Source: Anthoceros angustus (lineage: Eukaryota > Plantae > Anthocerotophyta). Taken from it: a DNA stretch of 64,000 bases. The stretch's first letter is position 1. Each line of letters opens with the position of its first letter. The notes beneath the pieces are model-generated. The model ran no database searches, was not told the origin of the DNA, and worked only from the letters and a program-made list of their open reading frames with translations. Below, piece by piece: positions 13,845-30,733 of the stretch. Location of the stretch: assembly GCA_010909165.1 (NCBI GenBank), contig MU008174.1, forward strand, positions 310,001 through 374,000, in the 5' to 3' direction. Both the position numbers and the translations under genes were made by a program.

Positions 13845-16800
13845 CGAGCCCCTGCCACTTCCCAGCGGCTCCGTCCGTCCACGAAGCCGTGGATTCAAGC
13901 TCCGTTGCAATCGGTGTACACGCGAGGAGGATTTTTATCCTAGTGAATTTGTGCGAAGATATTTCTCTATGACGCCCGATGTATGGATGTGGAGCAATGC
14001 CGAGGAGCTATGGGAACAATTCGTGCGCGTCATGGCGTGGTTTGCATGACCTCATCTCTTCACAAATTCAGTTGCAGCTTACATAGCCTCCTGTAGGCTA
14101 GATCCTCCCCTCCCCAGCCTTCTGTTGAGCTTGAAGGCCAGGCAAATTTGGAGCATTGTCTGCTGCTCTGATTCCTGTTTTCCTTGTTTCCGGTTGCGAT
14201 AGATCAGTGGAGCTATGTCGTTAGGCCTCAGAGCCTGGGGGACTTCTGTTGTTTGTTTCTGGAGAATGTTGGGGATGTATCAAGCATTCGTAGCTAACAT
14301 TGTGTTGTTTGTTGTTCACTTGTTTCTTGACGATTGAGAAAACTCGTCACTGTGAAGCCTTTCTCAGTTCACAGAGGGAGTCCTCAGTTTTCTTCAAAGA
14401 TCTCTATCTACGAGATCGAAAAGGTACACCGAAGTAGTCTGTAAGCACCAGCAGGCTACTTGTGATCCCGGGTCAAAACGTAGTGTGGGAAGTCTATCAC
14501 TTCCTAATCAAAAACCAGTTGCAATGTGATACAGTCCAGGTAGAGCAGGTTTGCAATAGGGAGGGCAGGTTTGACAAGCGTCTCGGGCCTCCTTGTCAAT
14601 GTCCAGGGGATGAGCAAGGGCGGAGCTGGTGTCTCGCTGATGGGAGACCTCAGGCCTTGTGGATGCAGAAATGGTTATTGAACTGGCTCCTTGAGGAAGT
14701 CGAAGGTCAGCAAGACTCTATAGATGGCATGTCGTCTTATTTCCTTTCCATGACCTTGGACCTAGTTTTCTGTATTTGTGAGGGCATCCCCCTTGTTTCG
14801 CTCGTTTGATGCTTGCTTGCGTTTCTTTTACAGTCCCTTCTCTAGGCGCAGCAAAGACAAATGGTACACACACAATCGAGCGGTGTCTGAACCAACCCTA
14901 TCCCAAGCCTTGAGGACCTAAAAGGTAGAGCAAGACTGGAGGTCCCGGTTCTCTTTCACATCGTCAAGCCACCTGGTTTTCTCTACCTTGCGTTCAGCCC
15001 GTCAGTTGCTAACTTTCATGCCTGTTTTTCTCATCTAATCTCTTCTCTATGCGGACTGAAGCCCAAGTTGAACAAACTCACCCTAGCAGAATCTAAACAC
15101 AACAGTACCCCAACCCGTCTACCAAGCAGTTGCCCACAAATACAACATGTCAGGTACTACAGTACACACTCTACCACTCCGACACTGCACTACATGCACC
15201 GGTTTGGTCATGCCTTGTGACTTGCAAACTGGCAGGTCAAGCAGGGAACTCCGAAACCATTTTCAGATGCAGACTTCACAGCAACAAGCAGGTCACTGCT
15301 TCACATTCAAGTCCTTGCAATGTACATCCAGCACTGGAGATGGGGACCTTACATCGTCCTAGGCTGCAGCAGGCTGTACAGTGTGCATTCACGGAGCACC
15401 CATGGCTGCTGGGCGCGTGAAAAGTGCCCTTTGTGCCAAATCGCGCAACGCAGCATCTCGTCATGCTGCGTGAACTGGATCCACGACCTGTGCTGACTGA
15501 CGACCAAACAAGACCCCACAACACAACTGGTTTACAATACTCTGATCAGATGATGTCCGTCTGTTGATTCCTCTTGTCCTCTCTCTCCCACCAAGGGATT
15601 CCGATTTCCAACCCCCTTCCCCGCTGTAACGTCATGTGGCGCAAACTGGATTGTGGTCCCATCCGGTCCGATTGCGCCAATTCGCCCAATCTTCGGCGCA
15701 TAAAATCGCCAACCGATTCAATCAGACATGGGCGGCAGGAAGGCAAGTGGAGTCCCGGCCGTGCCGGTTGGAGCCGGTGGAGCGGCAAGGCCGTGCGTGA
15801 CTGGCGGGCCAGAATAGCGCAAGTCTCGCACAGTCCCGGCAACGCGCGGCCTATGAGGTTCAGGCCTCGCCGGACGGGAGCCAATCGGGCCGCCGCCGCA
15901 ACAACTCTTCAATTTTTTTTTTTTCCCACCTACCTAGGAAATTCGTGTGTACCTAAGTATACGGTGTGTATGGCGATTAGAATTACACTCTAATTAGATT
16001 CAATTTTTAACCGCCATAGTGTAACCCTATGGTATCTAATCATAGGACCTAGATAGCTCAGCACGCTTTACTAAGGGAAAAAAGATGGGGTGAGCCCATC
16101 TAAAGAACATCAGAAGACTCCACATGCAATAGAGGAAGAAGAAGTCTATTATAATCCACGTGGATGGAATTTCGTGTCATGGGACTTGATATTTGATACT
16201 TAATAACTTGTACCATGGTGTGTCCAAGCTACCTCCACCAAGGGCATTCATGGGACTTGGTAACCACTCAACAACTTGTACCATAGTGTGCCTAAGCTAA
16301 GTGCACTAAGGGCATCCACTCCCTCTAGACACCCCATCTACACATGATATTATCATACAAAGATATTGGTAGTGAAAAGAGTTGTGTGCCAATAGGTAGT
16401 AGCGATCACAACTACCTACCTACAACGTGATGGAATACCTGTAGAGTATCTTAGGGTCTAGTGGTATAGAATCATAATACTATGTAGAGATTAATAGTGC
16501 TAATGTATGATATTATATCAGGTAGCATTTCCTAATAGGATTCTGCGTTCCTTATGTTGGGTTTTCCAATAGGATTGTACGTTCCTTTGGTAGGGTTTCC
16601 TAATAGCATTGTGCATTCCTTACATAACATAGCATCCCAAAGAAAAATAAAAGCCATTCCAAAGGAAAAAAAAACTTGCCTACATAAAGACTTTAGAGCT
16701 AGGTTTTATTGTTTGTCTTGTCCCACACAGTGCTCAAATCTCTGCCAGTATAACACGGTGCCGAACTCTCTGCCGGTAGCCTACGTTGCCAGTGTCGTGT

Positions 16801-17438
16801 GATTTGGTTTGGTTGTGACAGCCACACACAGCCGCAATCGGTGTGATTGAGTTAACCAGTGATGGTTTGTGACAGGCGCAGCCGCAATTGCCCACTTGCG
16901 CAGGCAGGTTGGCGTGACCAGGCAGTCGAGTCAAGTTACCTACCTTTCTCCGGCGTGCAAAAGGGGGCCTTCCCTGCGCAGGGAGAAGCAGAGGCAAGGC
17001 AGCAGAGCAGCAGTGGTGAGCAGAATCGCGGGTCGGTCGCGACGCGCCCGTGAGACGCGCGTGATCTCTCAGTCACGACTCGCAGTCTGCGAGTCGGAAT
17101 TGCGCCTCGCTGTTTCAGCGTACTTCGACAGTCGCATGCCCCGGGAGCGGGGCCAGGACTGGCAGTGTGCAAGGAATTCTGCTGGGCTGGTGGACGAGGG
17201 GGATCTCGCCTCGCGGCTTCCGCCCACCATCCGGCACAGGAAGGTATTGAGGTGCGCCATCGCCCACAAAGGCAAAGACAGCCGGTGCTGCGGTTCCATC
17301 CTCCCGTCCGCCATCCCGGCGCTGCCCACCAGCAGCAGCAGCAGGAGCAGCGAGAGCAGTGAGCGCTAAGGCTTCCTGGAGAAGCAGCCGTGAGGTGGGT
17401 AGGGGGGGGACGCGAGCGGGAGCCGGGCCCGGGCCAGA

Positions 17439-22083
<4,645 letters not shown>

Positions 22084-22694
22084 TCCGTCACTCGAAGAAG
22101 GTTTAAGTCAAGTTTGTCGTTAAAGAGTTTCACAAGACCCGCGTTGTTCGTTGAGATGATTCAAGGTAACACTGGGGAACATGCAGGCACAGAGAAGTTT
22201 TTACATTGATAAGCAGATTTAGGAGGTAGAATGATCCATTTTTTTCAGCTGATTGTTTTGTTGCGATTCTTAGGGTGAACCCCTGATATGATTCTTCCAG
22301 GACATAGCTGTTCTCTGTACATTTACCAAGCTAAGCTATCTAGGTATGTTCCCCGGGAAGGGGAACAACAAATTTGTACTCATGTTATCTATTGAAGAAA
22401 TTGATTGGAAAGCCATTCTTTCCACTGGCTCATGATCTGTTGTCTTGGATATAACATGAGGATTGAAGACAACTCCTGAGGCCAAATTCTTTTGTCCAGG
22501 ACAAGAGAGAAGCAAAGTTAAGAAATTAAGAAATCGATTCTCTTGACGCACCACTGAGAAAGCATACACATGTCTCTGAGGAAGCATAAACATTTCTCTG
22601 ACCTAGCCACTCTACATCAAGTCATCACGCCATCCTGACGTTCATTGACACAGGCAGAAGACAACTTAGAATGGATCAGAAGCCCATGCCGCTT

Positions 22695-23207
22695 TTAGAG
22701 ATCATAGAGCAGCATCCAGTTGCCTCGAAAATCCGTGTTAAAAGTCCAATTGTTTTCTCGGAGCTTAGCATAAGCTTTGCGGTTCAAAAAATCATAACCG
22801 AGCATCATCTTGAGGTCCTGCCCCTCTGTAAAATAGTAGATCTTCCTACTGAGCTCAAGGCAGGCCCTACCGCTCACCTCATTCCGGCTATAGCCATAGC
22901 TCACCCGGCTCTTGGCGTCCACAGTCAGCAGGCCGTCGTCAGTGAGCGGCCACGACTTCTTGGCCGACAGCGAGCACCGCAGAGGCTCCCAAGCATTTGT
23001 GCTATAGCGCAGAGTCGTGTCCACGGCGTCCATGACCTTGGGAAGAAAGCGCTTCCGCACCTGCACCTCCCCGTCCACAGTGCCATCTTTGGTGTTGAGC
23101 AGGCCCGATAGCCTCACTCCGGTGTTGCTCGGTGGATGCACAAACCGCTCTGTGAAGTAGAGCGCCAGGGAGCCCCTACTCGAGTCCACTCTCAGGCTCG
23201 TCTCCAT
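22695..23207 (-). CDS. OEP21: Chloroplast outer envelope pore protein 21 (single exon)
   Basis: The METSLR start and RENNWTFNTDFRGNWMLLYDL end are OEP21 hallmarks; 170 aa. Confidence 0.88.
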   Translation of the reverse strand: METSLRVDSSRGSLALYFTERFVHPPSNTGVRLSGLLNTKDGTVDGEVQVRKRFLPKVMDAVDTTLRYSTNAWEPLRCSLSAKKSWPLTDDGLLTVDAKSRVSYGYSRNEVSGRACLELSRKIYYFTEGQDLKMMLGYDFLNRKAYAKLRENNWTFNTDFRGNWMLLYDL

Positions 23208-24294
23208 GACGCTTGTGCAGCTGCAGATTCACAACTCCTCTCCTCCTTCAAGGTTCGCCGCGTAATACCACCATTCCAACCATGGTCTTTCCAGGTGGAA
23301 CACCGGGCTTTGAGAAAGCGGATTCGTCTATGCCTGGCTACGTCTGCGGCGGGCTTGCCTCCAAGAGAGCCTATTTTCATTTTTAGAATATTCATAATTT
23401 CCTTAGTTAATGGTGCCCTTTTCATTTCTCCTTTTTTGTGGGACGGTTTCTCCCTTTGTCTGAATTGGTACCACATAAGCCAAAGTGTTTGACTTTTCAT
23501 CCATGTTTGAGATGTGTTTCCGTGATACAAATATCGTTTTTACGGTTTGACTCGGGGTTCCCTGCATCATTGCTCCTGCCCTTCGGATTACCTCCAACCT
23601 CTCCCACAAGGACCCACCCAGACCCACCCTTCCCCTCTCACCCCCTACCTCCCCTCTTTGATACCCTACTGCTGCCACCCTCAACCCAGCAGGTGACTGA
23701 CGTAGGAGCTTGGGAGGCGTGGTTGCTGCTTGGGTGTGAGTTGAGGTTGCCCCAATTGTGTGAGGGGGTTTGGGTGTGTGAGAAGGTACAAGCTTGTGTC
23801 TTGGAAGTTGGTTTCATGTTGAACGGAAGTCTCGTGGGACGATAAGTGTGGCCATTAGAGGGCAGGCTTGGGGGTCCCGAGGCCTTCCTCCCATAAATTC
23901 TGCCGGACGCGGAAGAGGAATTGAACCATGAATCACATTGCCAGCCACCCACACAATTCTGGGCAAAAGAAATGAGCTTGTCCGAAAAGGATGTGTCCCA
24001 GGCTCAGGTTGTTCCATTGGGGTTTTGCAGGATGGCCAGAAGACTTTGCTCCCAGTCTGGCATCCTCACTACTCTGCAGACAGCTCATTGAGGACACCTT
24101 TGGATGGTGAGAATGCCGTGAGGGAGGGAGAATGATAACTTTGAAGATCCCGAGCAGGCGCAACTAAGAAGCTTGGAGGTGGTGATGGACAATGTCTTAG
24201 GGCAATGCCCGCCAGAGTCTCAATCTGTTGAGTGAAGAATGTGGTGTTTTCAAACTAGTTGGATTTCTAGGGATGCATATGAATGTTTGGCACA

Positions 24295-24994
24295 TGTCGC
24301 ACGAGGTAAGCACTTGAATTCATATAAGCACTTCCTCGACAAACAACCAAGCAAAACAAATCTAATACGCAGATATATAGGTGCAACCAATAACAAGAGG
24401 GAGTAGCTCGCACGTCATGGCACAAACACACTCTCCCCACGAGAACAACACGCAAATTCCTCACACATCGCTCTCGGAGTCATAGCTTTGGCCTCCTCAC
24501 AACACCCCTTGCATTGCATATCTAGAAGACAAGTGATCCCAGCCTTGGAAGTATATACTAGACTGCATCGGCATATTCCTAAGATATCCTATTAGCGTGG
24601 TATAAATATCCTAAGAATACACTATAATATGCAAGGAATATGCCAAAGCATATTACTTGAGCTTATCCACTTAGCTATTGTATCCTAAGAATACACTATA
24701 ATATGCAAGGAATATGCCAAAGCATATTACTTGAGCTTATCCACTTAGCTATTGCTAGCCATGTTTAATTAACACTAATCAATACTTAATTAACATAAGC
24801 ACCTTAGATTAATTAACACTAATAAATGCTTAATTAACATAAGTACATTAGATTAATTAATACTAATTGCTTACTTAAAGATAAGTAATTAGATTAATTG
24901 ATGCTAATTGCTTACTTAAGGATATTAATTAGATTAATTAATGCTAACCAAATACTAAACCCAAGTGCAGATATTAGTGTCACACGGCATGTCA
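24295..24994 (-). mobile_element. LTR-like repeat, family A (~700 bp, TG...CA ends)
   Basis: The minus strand begins TGACATG and ends GCGACA. It has an internal ~80-bp duplication and is homologous to 30196-30262 and 30263-30733. No clear TSD. Confidence 0.6.
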
Positions 24995-25412
24995 GCTCGC
25001 AGACATGGAAGAAAGAGTGAAATATTTTTTTTTTTGTAGAGTGAGTCTTCTCATTTCAATTATGCAAAAAAAGGTTACAAAAAACGGATACGGCCATTAA
25101 GCTGTAAAGGAGAAAGCAGTCTGAATAGAGTCCTCGAAGCTCATCTTGGCATCCTCTACCGCAATGGTCCACTGTTTAAGGCGTCCAAAGAGGCGAGAAT
25201 CAATTTGTGTTCAAGCAAAGAGTGGAGGAGGACTAAAATAGTTATCACTTTTGAATCGAGATTTCAGTGAACGAACATAGTTTTAAGCATTCTAAAATCA
25301 TCAAAAATAAATAAGCTATATTAACTATTAAGATGGGGTGCTTACCCCAAGGATGAAGCTTGGAAGAGTCAAGCTTAGATAAAACAATGGCGAAGTGGTT
25401 GACAACATGAGC

Positions 25413-26471
25413 TCAACTATCGGCTTGTCTTTTGAAGTGGCAATTTGACAATGCATGTCTTTTTCGAGGACGATCAACCTCGTCCTGCATGCCGGGAGTG
25501 GATGGTCTCTTAAGCTGAAGACTGCGGGATTGGCGAGTTGCATCCTCATAGGCTCGACGGAGATCATAGTTTGCCTCCATTTCATCATCATCGAAGACAA
25601 CTTCTTCTTCCTCTAAGAGGCGATTGACGTGATATTCCACATTTGGAGATCCGAGATATGAGCTCTCTTTCTCTTCACGGATAACATCTTCTTCCTCTCC
25701 TTGTTCCTCTTCGTGAGACATCACATTTTCCAGCTCTTCGCACACATCATCTTCTATTGCATTTTCGTAGACAACATCTTGCTCTTCTGCATCTTCGTGG
25801 AAAACATCTTGCTCTTCTTCTGCATCTTCGCCGACAACATCTTGCTCTTCTTCTGCATCTTCGCGGACAACATCTTGTTCTTTTGTATCTTCTTCTTCAT
25901 CATCTTCCTGTTCTTCTGTGTCTGTCTCTTCCTTTTCTCCGTCTTCATTTTCTCCTCTCTCTCCATTTTCCTCATCTTCATTTTCTTGTTTCTCTCTATT
26001 TTCCAGCTCCTTTACGTCGTCATCCTCCATCTCTGACTCTGAACTTACGAAGTAGGTTGAGGAACTCTCGTTATGACCTGCACGGACAACACGTTCCTCC
26101 TCGACACGTTCTTCCTCTGCACGCTCGGCCTCGTTCGCCATTTCTACCGCTTTGACCAACTCTCGAGACAGTCTCTGAATTTCTCCCTTCTCCACCCATG
26201 GAGGACCTCCGACCATTTTAGTCTTGAGGTTCTTATTCTCTGTCTTGAGAGTAGAGATTAGGGCAATGAGGCCGTCTCTCTCTCGCATTAAGGCAGCGAT
26301 GTAACTATCTTTGGCACGTCCTTGGTGATGCAGTGTCTCCGCTTGAGATTTTAAATGTTTAATAGTCTCAGCTTGGGCTATAATGGTCTTAAAATATTCA
26401 ATGGTCTCAGCTTGAACTGTAATGGTCTCAGCTTGGGCTGAAATAATCGGTTGTCCAGCTAGTCCTGTCAA
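25413..26471 (-). CDS. Intronless 352-aa coiled-coil/acidic ORF inside the TE island, unknown function
   Basis: Long open frame with AQAETI repeats, a coiled-coil-like stretch and an E/D-rich tract; no recognisable domain. Confidence 0.35.
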   Translation of the reverse strand: MTGLAGQPIISAQAETITVQAETIEYFKTIIAQAETIKHLKSQAETLHHQGRAKDSYIAALMRERDGLIALISTLKTENKNLKTKMVGGPPWVEKGEIQRLSRELVKAVEMANEAERAEEERVEEERVVRAGHNESSSTYFVSSESEMEDDDVKELENREKQENEDEENGERGENEDGEKEETDTEEQEDDEEEDTKEQDVVREDAEEEQDVVGEDAEEEQDVFHEDAEEQDVVYENAIEDDVCEELENVMSHEEEQGEEEDVIREEKESSYLGSPNVEYHVNRLLEEEEVVFDDDEMEANYDLRRAYEDATRQSRSLQLKRPSTPGMQDEVDRPRKRHALSNCHFKRQADS

Positions 26472-26979
26472 TCACATGCGTAAAACCGACCATTTGTGTT
26501 ATATCAATAGCAGGATTCACTTCCGTATACAACAATTGTTGTAGCATACCCAAATATTTATGGAGAAATGCAACACTCTCTTTATCCAAACCCATATTTT
26601 CCCGCGAACTGATATTTTCTCGCAGCAGAGTGGTAATGTAAATGATCAGCAAATTGGTAATGTATATGACCATACCTCGTATATTTATCGCTTGGATGGA
26701 GTGAGCTTTTGCGCTCATATTTGATGTAATCGCGTGAATCGATTTATCTGCAATAACCGGTCCATTGTTAATCAATACATCTCCAGCTCCACGATTGATT
26801 GATACATCTGTAGCCGATCCATCGTTAATTGATCCCACTCCATAATTGATTGATATATCTACAGCTGGTCTATCGTTAATTGATTCATGTCCGTGATTAA
26901 TTGATACATCTGCACACGCTTCATTTTGGCTTCTTTGCCATGTGAAAGAATTGTGTAGCTTTTCCGCTTCCCACGTTGA

Positions 26980-27265
26980 CACTAGCTTTGAACCCGTTGT
27001 ATCCATCAACACCGGCTTTGAACCCGTTGCCTCCATCGATACCGGCTTTGAGCCTGTTGCCTCCATCGACACTGGCTGTGAACATGTTCCCTCCATCGAC
27101 ACTGGCTGTAAACATGTTCCCTTCATCGACACCGGCTTTGAATTTGTTGCCTCCATCAACACCAGCTTTGAACCTGCTGCCTCCTTCGACACCGGCTTTG
27201 AATCTGTTGCCTCCATCAACACTAGCTTTGAACCTGCTGCCTCCTTCGACACCGGCTTTGAACCT
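26980..27265. repeat. 30-bp minisatellite (cctccatcgacaccggctttgaacctgttg)
   Basis: About 9 copies; open on several frames (EATGSKPVSM). Confidence 0.85.
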
Positions 27266-28815
27266 TGTGCCCCCATCACCGTCAGAGAATCTTGTACTGA
27301 AAGCTGCCGCTGGATTGAAGGACCCGTTCACAATTTGATACAAACGATTTGTTAAACATGAAAACAGCGTTGCAAGCAAAATGAACAGCGTTGCAAGCAA
27401 AATGAACAGCGTTGCAAGCAAAATGAACAGCGTTGCAAGCAAAATGAACAGCGTTACAAACAAAATGGGAGAGATTTGAGAGAATTTACAAATTGAGATC
27501 AATTTGTCAACAAAACCAACCTTTCTATCATAACCAAATGCTCAAAATGCTCAATGGACAAAATACTCACTCTATGGACAAATTGCTCCATGTTCAAAAT
27601 GCTCGATGGAAAAAATGCTCCATAGACAAAATGCTCGATGGACAAACAAAATGCTCAATGCACAAAATACTGAATTCAAAATTTTGAATTACCTTTCGTG
27701 ATTGCCAAATGATTGCACAAAGTTAGAGGCGATTGTATGTAATTGGATCATGCTGGTCCTCCCTTTAGCCTCCTTGACACGGCTTTGAACCTTGTGCCCC
27801 ATCACCGTCGGAGAATCTTGTCTTTGAAAAGCCGTGGATTGAAGGACCCGTTCACAATTTGATACAAGCGATTTGTTAAACATGAAAACAGCGTTGCAAG
27901 CAAAATGAACAGCGTTGCAAGCAAAATGAACAGCGTTACAAGCAAAATGAACAGCGTTGCAAGCAAAATGAACAGCGTTACAAACAAAATGGGAGAGATT
28001 TGAGAGAATTTACAAATTGAGATCAATTTGTCAACAAAACCAACCTTTCTATCATAACCAAATGCTCAAAATGCTCAATGGACAAAATACTCACTCTATG
28101 GACAAATTGCTCCATGTTCAAAATGCTCGATGGAAAAATGCTCCATAGACAAAATGCTCGATGGACAAACAAAATGCTCAATGCACAAAATCGAATTCAA
28201 AATTTTGAATTACCTTCGTGATTGCCAAATGATTGCACAAAGTTAGAGGCGATTGTATGTAATTGGATCATGCTGGTCCTCCCTTTAGCCTCCTTGACAC
28301 GGCTTTGAACCTTGTGCCCCATCACCGTCGGAGAATCTTGTCTTTGAAAAGCCGTGGATTGAAGGACCCGTTCACAATTTGATACAAACGATTTGTTAAA
28401 CATGAAAACAGCGTTGCAAGCAAAATGAACAGCGTTGCAAGCAAAATGAACAGCGTTGCAAGCAAAATGAACAGCGTTGCAAGCAAAATGAACAGCGTTA
28501 CAAACAAAATGGGAGAGATTTGAGAGAATTTACAAATTGAGATCAATTTGTCAACAAAACCAACCTTTCTATCATAACCAAATGCTCAAAATGCTCAATG
28601 GACAAAATACTCACTCTATGGACAAATTGCTCCATGTTCAAAATGCTCGATGGAAAAAATGCTCCATAGACAAAATGCTCGATGGACAAACAAAATGCTC
28701 AATGCACAAAATACTGAATTCAAAATTTTGAATTACCTTTCGTGATTGCCAAATGATTGCACAAAGTTCTGAGGCGATTGTATGTAATTGGATCATGCTG
28801 GTCCTCCCTTTAGCC
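27250..28815. repeat. Three tandem ~520-bp units, each containing a 21-bp array (aaaatgaacagcgttgcaagc)
   Basis: Units start at ~27254, ~27781 and ~28301; identical ORFs recur in the track. Confidence 0.9.
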
Positions 28816-28837
28816 TGTCCTTGCTCCAATGTGATGC

Positions 28838-28992
28838 ACCCAAGTCCAAGTCCTCGCTCCTTTGTGGTGCACCCAAGTCCAAGTCCAAGTCCAAGTCCTT
28901 GCTCCTGTGTGGTACACCCAAGTCCAAGTCCTTGCTCCCTGTGGTACACCCAAGTCCAAGCTCCCACGTGGTGCATTCAAGTCCAAGTCCTC
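28838..28992. repeat. (CCAAGT)n-based compound repeat
   Basis: Repeated gtgcacccaagtccaagtcc. Confidence 0.8.
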
Positions 28993-29078
28993 CAGGGAAA
29001 GCAAATAGAGAGTTTTATTCTAAATTTCGAAACATTAGTGTTCCACACATATTTGTATGAAATTAAAAATACAATATC

Positions 29079-30195
29079 CTATTAGAGAGGAATTGCTGCA
29101 GCCACTAATGAAGAGCTGCTTAAAGAGGACTTTTAATGATCATTGGTCTACAAGAATCCCTTGAGTTAGTAGCTGCCTAGTTAAGGTGAGCCTGCGGGAT
29201 ATATACGGGCTAGCTAGAACAAGGGCTTTGAGCATTTATCATCATTGAGGTCATTATGCGCTGCAAGCCTTGTGTTGAGAGAGCTATGTAGAGCCAAGCT
29301 AGTGAGCTTGGCATTGAGTCAAGCACATTGGAAATGTGGCTTACAAAGTACAATTGCCTGAATGGATCTTCTCTCATAATATTTTTCATGTCTCTTTGAC
29401 ATGAATTCAACAATCTCCTACATGAGATTTCGAAAGAGAACGAGGATATGAACAAGAAAGATTATGTCATACTAGTTCAACACAGACCTCATTCTCTTTC
29501 GAAATCTCACGTAGGAGATTGTTGAATTCATGTCAGAGAGAGAAGTGCCTGTTGTTTATGGTTATGTACCATAGCATCTGGTAAGGCTTCATGGCTATGC
29601 AGATTCAATGCCATTAGTGAAAAATTGTCACCTTTGGCCCGTGGCTTCAATCATTTAGCACAATGTATTGAAGTATTAGATTCTAAAATTTCTAATAGTT
29701 CTCTGCATAAATCATCACTTTTACTTGCAGATTCTGTTCTTGATAAAATTATTGAAGCATTATCTTACGTGATCTCCTCCAAGACAACACGCACACGACG
29801 TAGTCATGAATTTTAAACTCACATGCCATGGCTGACGGGGATGACGCTGAACATCAACTTGACGAGGAGGTCAACAAAATGAAAAACAACTATTCAACAA
29901 TGGTCAATAATAATTATGGAGATAGTTTCAAAGAAAAGGATAGATTCAACGGCAAGGAATTGATGTCTGGCTCCTATGAATGAGAAAAGTTTTGCGTAAC
30001 CGTGATCTATGGGACATCGTTAGCGGAGACACTCTGCCGAGATTGGGGTGCTCACGCCAAACCTATCTAAGACGTGAAGGATGAGAGGGCCCAAGATATC
30101 ATAATCAGTGGCCTCTCACAACATATGGTAAGGCAAATCAGCGAGGCAGGATCCTCCAAAGAAATGTGGGACCACCTCGAACAACTATACTCCTC
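29079..30195 (+). mobile_element. Degenerate Ty1/Copia LTR plus gag (UBN2/Retrotran_gag_2) fragment
   Basis: DRFNG...RNRDLWDIVSG...KDERAQDIIISGLS...SSKEMWDHLEQLY. The left end (tattagagaggaattgctgcagccactaatga) is homologous to the inverted copy at 44855-44952. Confidence 0.7.
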
Positions 30196-30733
30196 TGTCG
30201 CACGAGGTAAGCATTGGCATTCATATGAGCACTTCCTCAACCAAGCAAAAGAAATCTAATATTGTCATGTCGTGTGACACTAATCTCTGCACTTGAGTTT
30301 AGAGTTTGATTAGAATTAATTAATCTAATTACGTATCTTTAAGTAAGTAATTAGTATTAATTAATCTAAAACACTTATGATAATTAAGCATTGATTAGTG
30401 TTAATTAAACATTGTTAGCAATAGCTATGTCGATAAGCTCAAGTAATATGCTTTAGCATATTCCTTGCATATTGTAGTGTATTCTTAGGATATTTCCGGC
30501 ATATGCCGATGCCAATATGATATCTTAGGAATATGCCGATACCAAGGGCTAGTGTGTATAGACCCTTTCACAGAGGACAACCTCAGATCATAGCTTGTCC
30601 TCTAGATATGTAATGCAAGAGTGTTGTGAGGAAGCCAAACCTATGACTTCGAGAGCAATGTGTGAGGAATTTGCGTGTTGTTCTCGTGGGGAGAGTGTGT
30701 TTCTGCCACGATGTGCGAGTTGCTTCCTCCTAT
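30196..30733. mobile_element. Nested family-A LTR pieces (66-bp minus-strand end, then a plus-strand copy from 30263)
   Basis: tgtcgcacgaggtaagc matches 24295; 30263-30733 is an inverted match to 24390-24994. Confidence 0.65.

Noticed and set aside
23600-24260. Possible LINE fragment on the minus strand
   Set aside because: No diagnostic RT or endonuclease motif could be read in any frame.
24390-30733. A single 6.3-kb MULE with long terminal inverted repeats
   Set aside because: No TSD; the left repeat extends further to a TG...CA end, so two independent LTR copies explain it better.
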